From Phoronis australis (taxonomy: Eukaryota > Animalia > Phoronida), in NCBI GenBank assembly GCA_002633005.1, contig NMRA01000183.1:604397-668396 (forward strand): 64,000 nucleotides of DNA. The letters are read 5' to 3'. The notes below the pieces were generated by a model that did no database searches, was not told the origin of the DNA, and worked only from the letters and a program-made list of their open reading frames with translations. Position 1 is the first letter of the stretch. Each line of letters begins with the position of its first letter. Made by a program: the position numbers and the translations under genes. Positions 11,388 to 25,877 of the stretch are shown one piece after another.

Positions 11388-14300
11388 TCACTTAACTCAT
11401 GGACAGCTCGCCTTACACTGCAATAGTTAGGCTGCAGTCCGTAGGGCCGGTATTTTCTGACTTTAAACGAAATCACTCAAATACGTACAAGTACATGTAT
11501 TTGCGAGATATCGCCAGTCATAACAAGCAAAACTCGAGTCCGCCCCACAAGATGAAGGTTTCACTCGAGAATATCCCACGTTACCGGGTCCAAGATATAT
11601 GTATCCTGAATGCGAAGTATCTTTCGTTGTCTTTCACGAAATGTAAAGCAAATATTGTGACTAGTCCTATTGGCTCTATGCTCTCAGTGGAAACACCAAA
11701 GAGATGCCTTGATTATGTGGGCGTTCACTTCATAGTAGGTCCAGTTTCTCTGCCACGCTTACTAAGTAGATTATTTCTATACGCGTGTACATATCGTATT
11801 CTCCTTCCAGAAAAATACCAATTTGATACTTCCGAGTGTTTGAATCGTTTGTCACGTGAGCCGTCGACTGTGTTATCACTGGACGGGCTATTTCTTTGAA
11901 GGATCAAGTATCCTGCAATTGGTTTTCCCGGGCACCCTAGTAAACGAGGTTAATGGTGTATGAAAACTGCCAGGGCTTGTCTAGATCCTTGCTTCAAAAC
12001 TGAGAAAACGATCACACGTTTCGAGCATCGAATACATGTGGGCCAATTGGTGTACCTATTGTCACAAGTGATCGGGAACATCAGCCTTAAGGCAAGGGTG
12101 GTGGTATGAGAGGACTGGGATGGCAAAAATTATTTACGTACATGTTAGTTTTAAAACTTCGACTGTAATATTTGTTTTAACCGATTTTGCAGTCGCGTAT
12201 ACACAGGTATGAGGTACGTTTCAAGCATCTTCGGTTGGATGGAACCCACTCCTTTTCCCAAGCTTGAATTATCTCATTAGCGATCTTAAACGTACACACG
12301 AGTGATTTTAAGAGGAAAACTACGTTATTTCCTTTAACTGTTCGTAGGTCATGGTTTCCGCATATCTTTTCTACATTCATTTTATTGCCAACACTCTCTA
12401 CTCAATACTTACTATATTGTCTGGTTGTTTAATTTAGTCTGTACCCAAAGTTTTCTGTTTTTTCCATGTGTTTTAGGGTTGAGTTACTGCACTTTATTTT
12501 CGTGACTGAAGTGGTTGTCAAAAGTCTCGCAAATGTGTTGTGGAATTTTGCATTACTGTTTTGTTATAGCCTTATTTTGTTCATTTCCTTGTGTTACTTG
12601 CTTGGCTGTGAAGTTTTGTTTTAAGTTGCTGCAAGTGGAATGCCAGTCTTTCAGTTGTAGCTGAGCGAACACTCTATTACGCTAACTATAGGGGAATTGA
12701 TTGCTGAAGCTGTACTTAAAATGTTGTGATAAGCCCTGATAATTAGTAATTTCTTGCGTAACGACGTCGTACTAATGGACAAAGCCCAGTTGCGAAACTC
12801 CAACGCCTCCTGTTGAGTAGCAGTTGGCTGAGGTTGGTGGTGCTCCATGCACATGTTGATAGAAGCAAAAGTATGCTTTGAGTATTCGCTCAGTTTTTAG
12901 GCCGCAGAAAAAATCATTTCTTCTCTGTTGTATTGTTTTCCGGCATCATCCACGTCATAATCTGGATTTCCCACGACATCTTCTCGCCAGTCTTTGTCAA
13001 TGATAATTTTACCCATAGTCAGTATGATGTACTTCGTTCTCAAAATCGTTACTTACAATCAAAGGCGTACTTTGTTAAACAAAGCAAATCATTTTCATTT
13101 CCTAGGAGTAGCATTACTTAGTTTGACGTGCATGAAGGGGAGAACCCCCACGGCGAGAGCAGGAGCCGGTTAGTTACACGACAATGAGCTAATCAGATGA
13201 TATTTAAAACAAATTAGAAAGAAAATATTTACAGAAATAATATTATTACATGTTTTAGATGCAGATCATTACGAATCATAAGCTATGTTTACCAAGGTGC
13301 ATTATCAGTATGTAATGAGTGTTAGTTTTGTTTTAACGTGAGTTTTGTTTAATCTCCATGCGTGTTGTTTTGTGGACACATTTTACACCCATGTGCCTGA
13401 GGATAAGACAAGTGACAACGTTCATAAACAGGGACAAGATATCAAAACTGGAAAATGGGACAGCTAAACCTGAGTCTAAGTTTATTTGCCTCAATGTGGT
13501 GTTATTTTTGACACAATTTAAGCTACATGTACTTCCGTAATAACACTGGTCTTGTTCTGTTCTTTAATGAGACCAGTACGTATTTGCGGGCATAGTACGC
13601 CTGCTCCGTCTCCGGCGGTCCTGGTTTGAGGGGGAGCAGCCTTGTTTTGAGGGGGAGTAGCCTTGTTTTCAGGTGCGTCGGCCTCATTTTATGGTGCGAT
13701 GGTCCAATTTGATGCCTGTAGATTCTATTTTGTGGTGAGTCGGTCCGACTTGGATGACCGACAGTCATGTTTTGGGTAGGGCGGTCATCTTGTTTCTCAC
13801 CTGTGTAATTGACCTATCGCCAGGACTTTGAGTGACGGCTTAAGTGACCAATCAGAACGCAGCATTCTTGACACACCTTCGTTTCCAAGGCGCTTTTATA
13901 CCCAACAAACAACACGTTGTCGCGTAAAACTTATTGTTTGTTTGTCGACATTTCGCTAGGTCACAACTTCAAGGGATTTTGACTCGGAAGGACCCTTACT
14001 ACGAAAGGCCGTTAATTTAAAGACCATTACTTTAGACTGCTGTTCGTACACGTTTGTACATTTTGCCTAGTTGCCATCATTTCATATCATTTGATGTCAA
14101 AAAAACGGGAAAGTCAGGATTTTAAAACGGAAGTCATCGTTACTTTTTGAAATACTTCTATGAATAACATAACCGAATATAACAGAGACGGTAACGATTA
14201 TTCGCATTTATATGTCTGAAATTTTTCACCTAAATGTTATGCGGTAAATTTCAAAAACGCTATTTCATTTTTAAAGCTCCATATTGTTTTATTCAACTTT

Positions 14301-17300
14301 TGATTTGTTACACAATTATCATAAAAGTGCTATTTGTGATACCACGTCATGCTTTCATACAATTTATAAGCGTTTTAGAGAACAGGGGATAAATCATAGC
14401 ATTTGAAGCTTTTAGGTGAATTCGACTTGACAATTCTTAGAAATGGTATACCGTCCAAAAATCGAAATTCTCCTAGGCTTTACTTTAACATAATGTGGAT
14501 ATTTATGAATTTTACAATAAGCGGATTTTACGACTAATTAAATGGGTGGTGCCAATACACTGGCTATTTAGGATGACTCGAGAGGAAAACCCACCGCCAA
14601 AACCAAAGAACAACGCCTTTTTGATCGCGGCCCGAAGGGGGGGGGGGTCCTGCTTTCTTGTCCCACAACTGCATCCTCCCCTACCAGTTGCCTTCTCGTT
14701 TTTGTTAAGCCTTTACAAACGGAATGTCTCTTGATGCCATTCCTCTTAATTATCGTTATTGAACTGAAATCAACGAAACACTAACTCGCAGAAATGCTTA
14801 ACATTAGATGCATTTTAAGGATCGATGCACTTTGGTATGTTAGTATAACATGCCCTGTGATTTGTGGCTAGGATAATAGAATCTAAATGTAATTAGATTT
14901 GCCGGAGCTTAATTGTCTATAGGAAGTTCAAATGAATGCTAATCCTGTTTCTCGTTAATGTTAAACAACAGTACTGCTGAAGGACTTCAAATGCTTAAGT
15001 GGATTCCACCCACTGTCGACAGATGTCGTCGTTAACTCACATGCAACATCGCACGTCTTTCTCTGGCGTAGGTTTTTTAGATTACTAGCTCCTCCCTAGG
15101 GGAACAATGCACTGGCTGGCATAACGCGGTCAACTTAAGTGGCGAGACGAGGAATAATATATGACATTTGCTGGAATAAAAACTTGCGAAAAAAGCAAAA
15201 GTTATTGGGCAATTGTTTTTGTCATTACGCACCTCACTTTACAAACTGTAGATCAATATGAATGTTTCTTTTGGACAAATTTTTCAAGACATACATGGTT
15301 AAAACCTAAATGGGGTCCTGTATAGAGTGGGGCAATCCTGCCCCGCTGAGAGGAGGGTCACATATGATGGCGAAATTAAAATTAAAATTAAGTCATCGGC
15401 GGGATCGGCGATCCCTTTAAACACGAAGGGGTGTATAATTCACATAAAAGACAAGAAAACGTTATCGAGTCCATCATTAGGATCCTCTATGGAATATTTG
15501 ATCATTAAAATAAGGAAACAGAAATTAAAATAATTGATACCATCACCAGCGCCCGACCTCAGCGGGGTCCCTGATATGAAAGGATTCGGTATTCAAGAAA
15601 ATCAGGAGAACGGAACGATGAATTTTCTGCACATGCTACTTAAACTGTTTGTTTTTCTACATGTTTGAAAAACAAAAATTAGAATTTGCTCCATTTAGTA
15701 AACATCGACTTGATTCAATTACTGCATTTCGACAAACTTGTTCCTCGACAAATGCAGTCGACGCCGACTAAAACTGACAGCACATTCTGTTACTGGAAAG
15801 AGGAATTAAAGCGATGCTTATTCATTAATCAGTTCACATCCAATGGCTAATAGTTCTCGAACAGAGGAAATGGCTGATAACGGATGAAATATTAAAGAAA
15901 CCAAATTCACTGATAGGTAAGCCGTAAGGTTTAGACTATAGACTTAATGAAGTTACCACCACATACCTGACACTTTTGGTTAATAAGCACCTGAAGCATT
16001 TTCACACTGTTTATATATTTATTGGAAGCCTTGAGAAATTGCCTCTAACGCTCGGTTTTGCAGGGACAAGAATGCTATTTCAAAAGCTGCCGTTTTGAAT
16101 TCAGAATGGTTGTACGTATCACTTCTTCTACGACTTTCGAGTACAGTGTACTGTGAAGTGTCCGTTTCACGTGCACGTGAATGAAACATGTTGCGATAAA
16201 ATTACGTGTTGAGCTCCCATAACAAAATGTACCGATACCCCAAACCGTGTAGATCTGGCTCTATAAGTGACCAACGCCATTTTTGACTGATACATGTACA
16301 TGTAGGTTGCAATCGCGGAATCTCGAAGCACGAATGTGTAAAAATATACTCATCTGACTTCATGCGTCGCGGTATGTTGTGTTTCGGTAGGACAAGCTAC
16401 GCTACCCATAGCTATGTATTGCGCTGGAATTCTAGGTTTTGAAATGGCTTTTACTGGCTGGAATCTGCCAATTAGGCAAGACAAGCTACTTACAGGTACT
16501 GTGACATTTTACTGCCTTTCGTTTAAGGCACTCACAGCGGTAGATAACAACATTTCAGGTATAGTGTTACTGGCAAAATGTCTGTTTTTCATCATAAGTA
16601 AATTTTTGTTCAAACCATTTTGTTGTGCCATGACGTGAAGGCAAAAGATAACGGAAATATCTACATGCGGTGTATAAAGAGATTATAATCTCTCAAGGAA
16701 GGATAACGATATTAAGAGGTAAAGCTTTTGAATCTAAGAGTGTTCTTGGAAGTAAAATTATTTCAGGTAGGGCCGATGCTACTATACGTTGTAGATTTTT
16801 ACGACTTGATTATCAGATGAGATTCGAAATATGTTAGAATATTGCAACCCTTTGCTGAAATTCGTGAAGGCTAAAGTCAGCATGGTTTATCTATTAATGT
16901 GCAATTCAAGGTCGTTATGTGCTGTTACTCTAGCTGTTATCGTGGAGTACACAAACCGCAGTAATATGATGAGGACAGGCAAATGTTTACGTGTTGTGCG
17001 GAAAGCGACAATAATTGTTATAAAAACATGCTATGTCGGACATCTCAATCCTTTTAATGTAAGGCACAGTCTTATCCGTGATCGTGTACGTACATGTCGG
17101 GTCATTCAGTGACGGAATCATGTCATTGTTGGGTATACGAGCGACTCACGCCTATGTTTGTTTTGCAGTCTAACCGGTGATCGTTTGTTGAACCTGGGAA
17201 TTTCTTGATAGTTAATTTTGCATTTCTGCTATTTTGGCGATGTATTGAAGATCTTCGTGGTGCTGCTGTACAAGTAATTTGTATCGATTGTGAAAGATGT

Positions 17301-17878
17301 AGAGTATCTTAAAATGGCATCTATTTATACAAGGCCTTCGGCCAAAGTGAATGTGTATATCTATACGAAATAGCTCGACAGTGTAGGGATCGAATCTATT
17401 CTACTTCGTATTTACACAACATCTAATAAGAAACTCGAACTATCACTATAGACGATCCAGAAGCTTCAGCAAACCTGCTGACGGTCATGTGCGGTGAGGC
17501 AGAGTAGACTGAAGGTATAGAACGCGCTTCGTGAACTGTCGTAGGCATACTTGGTGTAGTACGAGACGTGTAAAATACTAACTTAGAGAATCTCATGGTC
17601 CTCTGTGTTTGTCTTTTGCGATGGTTGTTCCAGGGATGACAGTATAGCATGTGGCGGTAAGTGTGAGATGTTCATAACGTCAGATGTTTTCGGTTATTGA
17701 AATATGAATGTGATTTATGTGGTGTGGTGTAAATTACCGCCCATCACGGTGATCAAAGCAAGTGTCAACGTCTACCCATCAAAGGGGTGTAAAACGTACT
17801 GTAGCTTCGTCAACGTATCTACCCTCCATGCTAAAAAACATGACGGATTTGGGGGACAATTTCAAATGTAGAAAGTGC

Positions 17879-17993
17879 CTGCATGGTAGGCCTATACAAC
17901 TAAGTCTGCATGGTAGGCCTATACAACTGAGTCTGCATGGTAGGCCTATACAACTGAGTCTGCATGGTAGGCCTATACAACTGAGTCTGCATG
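17879..17993. repeat. 27-bp minisatellite, 4 copies (CTGCATGGTAGGCCTATACAACTGAGT)
   Basis: Directly visible. Confidence 0.95.
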
Positions 17994-18336
17994 TAGCCTC
18001 AGCTCGTGTAAAAGCGGCTGCAGCTCGGGCTATGATCAGTGCAAATCTATACCACGAATTGCGGTGGGCTGAGTTCCGTAGATGCAAGAATCTCGCGAGT
18101 AAAGCTATAGTGTGACACACGCACGCATGCACGCACACACGCACGCACGCACTCACACATTATTCAAATTTTAGCACAAAAAGTTACACCAATATTTTTA
18201 ATATTGTACTTTGGTACCCATCATGTTTCCTATGAAATAAAAAATAGGGGGTCATCGACTGTATTTTATGTGAACATATTAAGATAAGAAGTTTCTATTG
18301 AATAAATCCAAAAGTGGCGTTCATATTAAGTCACAC

Positions 18337-18492
18337 CTGGGCTGGGTTGCCTAAAGCTTCAAAACGTATCCGCTGCAGAAGTTTGATTGTTGCATGACGT
18401 CAGGTCCATTGTTCAACAATAACTACATGACGCGTGATAACGCGACGTCATTGTTGCTATACGGCGTATAGCTTCTACGCAACTGAGCCCTG
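18337..18492 (+). mobile_element. About 155-bp MITE; inverted second copy at 49773-49930
   Basis: Imperfect TIRs (CTGGGCTGGGTTGC / GCAACTGAGCCCTG). The body aligns by eye to the reverse complement of 49773-49930. Confidence 0.7.
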
Positions 18493-21400
18493 AACACTAC
18501 AATTGGATTTTGATATGACGTCATTGTGAAAACTGATGCCAACGCAAAATCAAAATTATCAAAAAATAAACTGTTAGTTGAAATTAAGGTTATGTCAATT
18601 GTTTTATGCGTTAGCCAATGTCGTAAAATAATGACTGTTTTTTACGTTTTTTTAAAGAATTGTGTCGATTTTTTGTGGTTTTGTTATTTGGACATACTTT
18701 ACAGTGTGACTGAAAACTAACGCCAAGGTTTGATTCCAATACTTACGCATCCGGATTGGGGAAACAAAGTGGCTGGTAACGATTAGTATTACCTCGTTCA
18801 CTAATTGTAAAAAATATAAAGTTGTCATTTATGTGAACATTGAAAGGTGTACATCTCAAAAGAATGTGGGTGTGCCCATTTTTCTCATCTGGAGTGCGCA
18901 CTAAACGAACAATGGTTGGTGCAAAGATGACCAGTTTAGTGTTTGGGAAACCCACATTTTGAGTAAGCGAAGGTAAATACTAACGTTTGTTTATCATGTA
19001 GGTTTGCGTTTATTATGCATATGAACAAAAGTCCATGCCTGGCATCCTCATATCTCAAGGTATAACACCTTTGATCACATGATCAGAGTGCAATTTTCTT
19101 GAGAACAACGACACGGATGCATCATAACTACCTCATATGTACAAACCATCCAACAACTTTTAGGTTAGCATATCCAAATATTCAAGCGCCAAGTAACTAC
19201 AATATTATGGTAAAGTTAGGACAAATACACAGAGAGGCCAATGATCTAATGGTATGGATGAACAGTAGGATTGAAATACAATCCCGGGCAACGGAATACA
19301 TGGCTAATGGCGATGGACATTTTGATTGAAATTAGTTTTGACTCTTTTGAAGCAGTCCTAACAAAAGTGATATTCGTCTCCACTCTGCTTTATTTATTTC
19401 CTTCCATTAACAAACGAAGCGATATCCCTAGCGTGTTTTCTGCGGAGAGAAATGACCATTGTTAACTCATCAAGAAGTACATGTATATTGTTTTGTGAAA
19501 AATCGAACAAAAGATGGCGCTGTGACGGCCACTTTTGGTAGTTTTGCTTTTGCGGATCTCTAGCTCCGTGGTCTTCTGAAGTTTGATACATATTTAAATT
19601 TTCAATAAGTCGCAAAATTACCATTTTCCAATTGTGTGGACATTTCTTGTCAATTAAACAAAAAATATCGTATGTGTCAGATTTTGGTCTTGAAAAAGTG
19701 CATGACACACAGAAAACACACTCGATGGACTTTCTCAAAATGAAGAAATTCAACAGCGCCATTAACTTTTTACCCTGCTACACCCATCGGAAAAACTGAG
19801 ATACCAAAAATGACTAAAATTGCGGTTTCAGTCTTTTGGACCAAAAATGCACGACAGCTCCCGTTCAAGAGAGTGGAAAACGTGCTCTCTAGATTCCAGA
19901 AATTTGGATTATAATATGTCATTACCAACGAGACATTTTGCCAATTTCTACTTGTCTGGAGCTGAGGGTATATGCCAAAATTACCAAACGAACGAGGATC
20001 CGCTTTGAAAAGGTAAGTAAGAGCAGAGGCCAAATTCCTGGAGTCCAACTTCAAGGAACTTCTTAATACTATTCCTTGCAATCGCTCCCAAATTGCCGTC
20101 AAACATGGCGTACTACATTTTCTACATTTTTGGGTCCCACACAGGCCCAAACCTGGCCCACTATATTTTCTATATTCTTTGTCGCCCACAAAGGCCCAAA
20201 CCATGGCCATAGACCACAATAATCGTTAGATCTTGAATGTTTCCATCTGACAGGAAAATGTCATCCTTGCCAAACAACAACTTTGGTTCACCTGAAAAAC
20301 GACGAGTGGGCTGGTTAGAATACACAACGGGTTCCAATCAGAGGTATGCCGCACTGAGGCGCGCACGCCTCGGTATAAATTCATAATCTGTCTTTTCCCT
20401 TAGCCGGTAACGGGTATAACACGATTTCTTCGCAACCATCAAATATCTTGCTGGCAACATGCTTCAGTTTTATTAAGTGTGTACAACATTTTTAAGTAAA
20501 TTGAACGTAAAATCCGTAAGGAAAATATTATATATCAAAATGACAAGAATTTCTTACTGAACACACGAGCGATTTAAGTTCCGTTTTCGCAATTTCTCGA
20601 ACATTAGAAGTTCAATCGGTTGTTTTGTTACACCTATTTTTGAGTAGTTTCATAGTACGAGTGTCAACCTCGCGCAGCCATTAAGAGTAAACCGCTGACC
20701 TTACAAAGAAAAACATCATCACGGATTGAGCGTGTCTGCACGTTACATGTAGGTCACCTCAAAATAAGGGTAAGAATCTCCGGCACTGCCATGTGAATAT
20801 TATGTTACCAACAGGGATAATGTATGCAACTGTTTACGTTAGGCTCGCACCATTTGTTAGCCCCATTGCTGTTCCAGCGACGTTGGCTTGGATAATTGAC
20901 ATCCTTCCAAAGTGAAAAATGGTTGTTTGCTTTTTGAAGTCGGTGGTGTGAAAAATGTCCACATACTGAAAATCCTACATGTGAGGAATTTTGTTTCTTG
21001 AACGAAAATTCTTCTGTATTCGCATCATTCAATAATTGCTATAAGAATGAAGTGAGGATAAAGGAAAGTACGCACTGTATTCAAATTTGTAATACACTTC
21101 GGTCTGAAATGCTTCAGCAAACTTCAAAAAAAGTCATAGACCAATGCATTTAACTATATGAGAGGTTTCTCTGTAATGAACGTCGGTTAAGAGATAACGT
21201 GAGTTTGTGTTTGAATCAAATGTTTGGTTAAGCTGTCGATTCTTGTGAAATGGAAAGGTCAGGATTCAACCAAAGAAAATATAGTGTACTAGATACTCCT
21301 TTCTAAATCAACGCATGTTTTCGCAAATATGCACCCTGTGCAACTTTTCCGAAATTTCTCTTGGAGCGAATATGGGGCGATGCTCGGGCAGATCTACACT

Positions 21401-22007
21401 AGCCATTAATGATTTTTCACAGTGGTGATCGGTCGGTGACACCGATAATCGCCCTAGTTCCATCTTATATGACCATTTTCCGCCGCACACTCAGCGCATC
21501 GACGTCCAACCATTTTGTAACCGAAGAATCCCGACATGAGTTTATTTCCGAAATGTTCATTTTGTATATCTCACCTACATGTATCCCTTTGACTCTTAGT
21601 CCGTTTGCCATTTTACCAGCCAGTGTAGTTCCATATACCTGCCCGTTGGCTTGTTTAGTTTTTTGACGCACGGTTGGGTTATCTGTGCACAGTATGCTTC
21701 CAGAGACACCACCTGACGGCTGATTTACCCAACCACCCAAAAGGTTGGTTATGGCCAGGTGGGTAACGGTACAAACTTGATCAGCAGCATTTGAGACGTA
21801 GAGACGTCGTCGTGTACTTGAGTATGTATTAAACCGCAACTGAGCGGTTAATTAATGTACTGAGCGACCGTGTGGAGGTGGACTCGAAGTCACCGACAAC
21901 GTGTTTATCAACATTATCAGGTACATGTGAAATGTTGCCATGGTAACACTATGTCATTATGCAAGAGGCGTAAACAACGTCGAGCGAAGAAAATTGGGAT
22001 TTATGCA

Positions 22008-22275
22008 CGATGGTGATGATAACAATGATGATTGTAACGGTGATATGAGAGATGATGATGACGACGGCGATGATGATGATGATGATGATGGTGATGATGA
22101 TGGTGATGATGATGATGATGGTGATGATGATGGTGATGATGATGATGGTGATGGTGATGATGACGATGGCTATGGCGATGATGGTGATGGTGATGATGAT
22201 GATGATAATGACGACAGCGATGATGATGATGGTGATGGAGGTGTTGATGGAGATGGTGATGGTAATGATAGTGAC
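22008..22275. repeat. (GAT/GGT)n trinucleotide microsatellite
   Basis: Directly visible. It produces spurious poly-D/M/H/I ORFs. Confidence 0.95.
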
Positions 22276-22785
22276 AGCTTCCGTTAGTAACATGTTTACA
22301 GTAGACATACCCTCTCTCACAGGACCATCTAAGAAGGAAAGTGGTCCTGCTATAGGATATGGTGACCGACATGTAGAAATCTGTGTGTACGACCTGGCAG
22401 TTTCCATGTTCGTCACTGGTTCGCTTCCGGAAAACTATAATGAATCGTTTTAATATTTTATTTGATGCATTTTGAGGCCAAGAAGCATAGTTGGATCTTA
22501 TTTCGCTACGAGACCTGCGATTGCTCCAAAGATGGCGCTGTGACAGACGCAAACGGTACTTGCTCTCATGCCAGTTGCCTTTAAAAAGCATACGCTTATA
22601 AGTAAATCCCTTTTAACTACTAACAATTCATGTATTACCCGATTCAGGTGTTTGCTTGAAAACATCGTCTTTATTCCAGCTCCTCCTAAATACAACGGAG
22701 TTGACAGTGATCAGCAATGCAAGGAAAGAGCTGAGGATAGCATAATGGAGTAGCTCAACACCGAAAGAGATTAATACCGTTCAGT

Positions 22786-23364
22786 ATGAGTGCGGTAGGG
22801 GACACGGCAGTGCCAGACATTAGGGTCGACGGACTCGACCACTACCCTCCCGACCCTTTCGCCATCATGCGAAGTCGGGCTCTCAACAGACGGGTGACTC
22901 TGAATGTGGGAGGGACAAAACACGAAGTTATGTGGCGAACTCTGGACCGTATGCCGCACAGTCGCCTCGGAAAACTCAAGGACTGTAATACTCACGAATC
23001 CATCATGGAGGTTTGTGACGATTATTCATTGATGCACAACGAGTACTTCTTCGATCGCCACCCGAGATCTTTCGCCTCAATCTTGAACTTTTTCCGAACC
23101 GGAAAATTACATTTGGTGGAGGAAATGTGCGTGTTGTCTTTTAGCGAAGATCTGGAATATTGGGGTATAGACGAGTTGTATTTGGAGTCGTGCTGTCAGC
23201 ATAAATATCACCAGAAGAAAGAGCACGTTTATGAAGAAATGCGGAAGGAAGCTGAAACTTTAAAGGAGCGAGAGGACGAAAGCTTTGGAGACGGATGTTG
23301 TGCAAAATGGCGGCAAAAGGTGTGGGATCTTTTGGAGAAACCTCAAACTTCTACAGCTGCAAGG
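22786..23364 (+). CDS. Shab: Shab/Kv2 voltage-gated K+ channel, coding exon 1 (T1 tetramerisation domain)
   Basis: RVTLNVGG...[24 protein letters not shown]...[13 protein letters not shown]...WDLLEKP, typical of Kv2/KCNB. Phase-0 donor AGG|GTAAGG at 23364/23365. Confidence 0.95.
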
Positions 23365-25637
23365 GTAAGGCTGAACGCGCTGCGAGCTACTACTTAGTTT
23401 ATTTTTATTATACATGTATATGGGTCTCTTCCATTTCGATTTCTTTGTCGTCTGCCCATCATGAACTTTTCCTTGTGTGGGTTGCATGAAGCTGTTGATT
23501 GATGCACACCTGTCTGTTGGTAACAGCACCAGCAAACTTATTGTCCAAGCTGCGTTTGCCCTGCTTACTGGATAAACAAAGAATATCGAATTAGGCTTTT
23601 TACTCGTTTGAAATCGGTCTCGTAGTATTTTTACTGTAATAGGATTCAATGTCCGTGATCAACTCTAGTCACCCAATACGTAAATGCGCTAATTTCAATT
23701 TCACAGTTTTAAGGTGGGCCAACACCAAATAACTCTGAACTGATTTTTGGGTCGTTGGTGGATTCGTTGTTCTTATAAGGCCTAACAATTCGATTTTCGT
23801 TTTATGCCAGCTAAATAAGGTGAAATACAGCTTCAAATAGCTTACACGTATACCTTAAGCCCGTCCTAGACAACGTGTTCTTCTCTTTGGCAGATTACAC
23901 GGTATAATTTAAAAGACAATGTTCATCCCTGAGGCAAAACCCACCCACGCTCTAAAATGGTGTTAGTACTTGGCGTTTTCTGTAATAATCATTTATTTTC
24001 ACTGAGGGCGTTGCCATTCTGACATCATGCGAACGCGTCGGTGCGTTTTTACTTGGTGGACTCACTGAGCACTATTGCAGTTCGTCACCAAACTGTGAGT
24101 AACCACCTCGCGCGTTAGAAAAATGCTTAGCCTGTCACAAGTGCAGCTGTATTGCAGCATTTTCTTAGCTTTGACGGTTTCCACACAGTGAGTATTTGTC
24201 TAAGACAGATTATACGTGCGTAATCTTCCTCAGGTAAATACTCACCGTCTGGAACGGATTTAATGTACTGTGAATGTAGATAAAAACAACAATTAGCCAT
24301 GTCAAAGTTGTCTGTCCACTCGAGTTACTCGCATGAAACATCCGTTTGCATAAGCTGGGAAGATATTTGAAATGTATGGTGTGTTGCGTATCCGTGACAG
24401 TTTTGTTTTATTTCCTTGATGGCAATAATGCTGTTCCATAGGAAATTTCCCGCGTTATCTGAAATTGTATTTACTCGTGTTTGCATGAGGTCGTAAAGAA
24501 CCGAGTGTCTGACTTGACTGATATCTCCTGGCAATGTCCTCAGTTGCGTCCGCGAAGGACACCTTCCTCTTGCCATGGCCGATCTTCTTTCTCATTTTAC
24601 GTACCCACTTGACTGATACCGAAGTCGCGCAGTGCCCTGGGCATGGGAGCTTATTAACGAAAAAGAGAGGAGTGAGTTCGCCCTTACGTAGTCACATAAA
24701 TGCGTCGGGAGTCTGGCGAGGTTTGCAATTTTGCCACAAAGTGACGCGCGTGGTTACCTCCTGTTCTAGCAAGGTTTGCAATCTGGCTACTACGTGACGC
24801 ACATGATAACCTGCTGCTTGAAATTCGAACGGGGTTAAAGGGGTATGTAACGCGAAAACTCTCCAAAAATATCTTTTAAACTATTCCTGACGAAAGTGCC
24901 TCTCGCAACCTCTAGTGCAGAGTAATTCACTTTCCTTATGAGGAAATTTCCAGAAAAAAATTAAAAATCACAAAATAGGCACGAAAAATTCTGAGGTTAC
25001 AACAGAGGTTGTAGTCTCCCTCCCATTTAGGAGAAATGCACAGAAGCGCTCCCAGTCAGTTGCTTGACGTCGCTTGAGGTCAAAGGTCACATTTCCATAT
25101 CAGGTAAATATGCTACGTCTATGTCTTGCCGTGCAAAATAAGGAGACGCTTTTTGCCCTCTGGGAGAAAAATCTACGAATTGGCGAGCAGTTGACAGATC
25201 GTTTATTTGAAATTTGAAACTAAAAGAACATGCTTTGTTATCATTAGAAATTAGAAATCTTTACGAACAAACCCTAAATATACCTGTTTACTTCGATCAC
25301 TGTCCGTTTTAATATATTGCAACTATTCAAGTCAAGGGTGGTCGCCATACTACGTAACAGTAAACTGAAAGGGGTTCCCCGGATTACAACCAATGAGAAC
25401 GACTGAATGTTATGACGTTGGTTTCGTAACTTTAACCAATGAGACGTCATGTTAAACAACATTCCACAGTGTTACCTTTCGAAGCACTGTGAAAGAGTGT
25501 ACTTCCCATTTTCCAACAGTAAAAGTTAAAGAAAAGCTACGACTGAGCAAAATGCGGGTCAAGGAGTCAACAACTGGCTAACTTTCACTCATATCAGATT
25601 CACAAATCGAGCAAATGTCGTGTATAGTGAAAGTGTA

Positions 25638-25877
25638 CATGCGGGCACCCAGCCTAAAATATACATGTAGGGGGCTCGAATCTTTCGGTAGGCGGACCTT
25701 TTACTGAAAGAAATCAACGAGGACTATTAAAAAACGAGCCACTAGGTTAAAGCCCACAAATTGTGCATCCGCGCCGACTTCTCCTAGATTTTTGTTTCAC
25801 TGAGGGGGCCTTTTTGCCCAATTTGCCAAATTGGGGGTGCTCGTTCGAGCACCCCTAGCCCCCCGGATGCGCCCATG
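25638..25877. mobile_element. MITE with CATG termini and 5-bp TSD GTGTA
   Basis: Imperfect TIRs CATGCGGGCACCC / GGATGCGCCCATG. GTGTA at 25633-25637 and at 25878-25882. Confidence 0.7.

Noticed and set aside
11399-11899. 166-aa plus-strand ORF
   Set aside because: No recognisable motifs. More likely the antisense shadow of decayed minus-strand coding sequence.
21940-22591. Poly-Asp, poly-His, poly-Met and poly-Ile ORFs
   Set aside because: All are frames of one (GAT)n microsatellite upstream of the Kv2 start.
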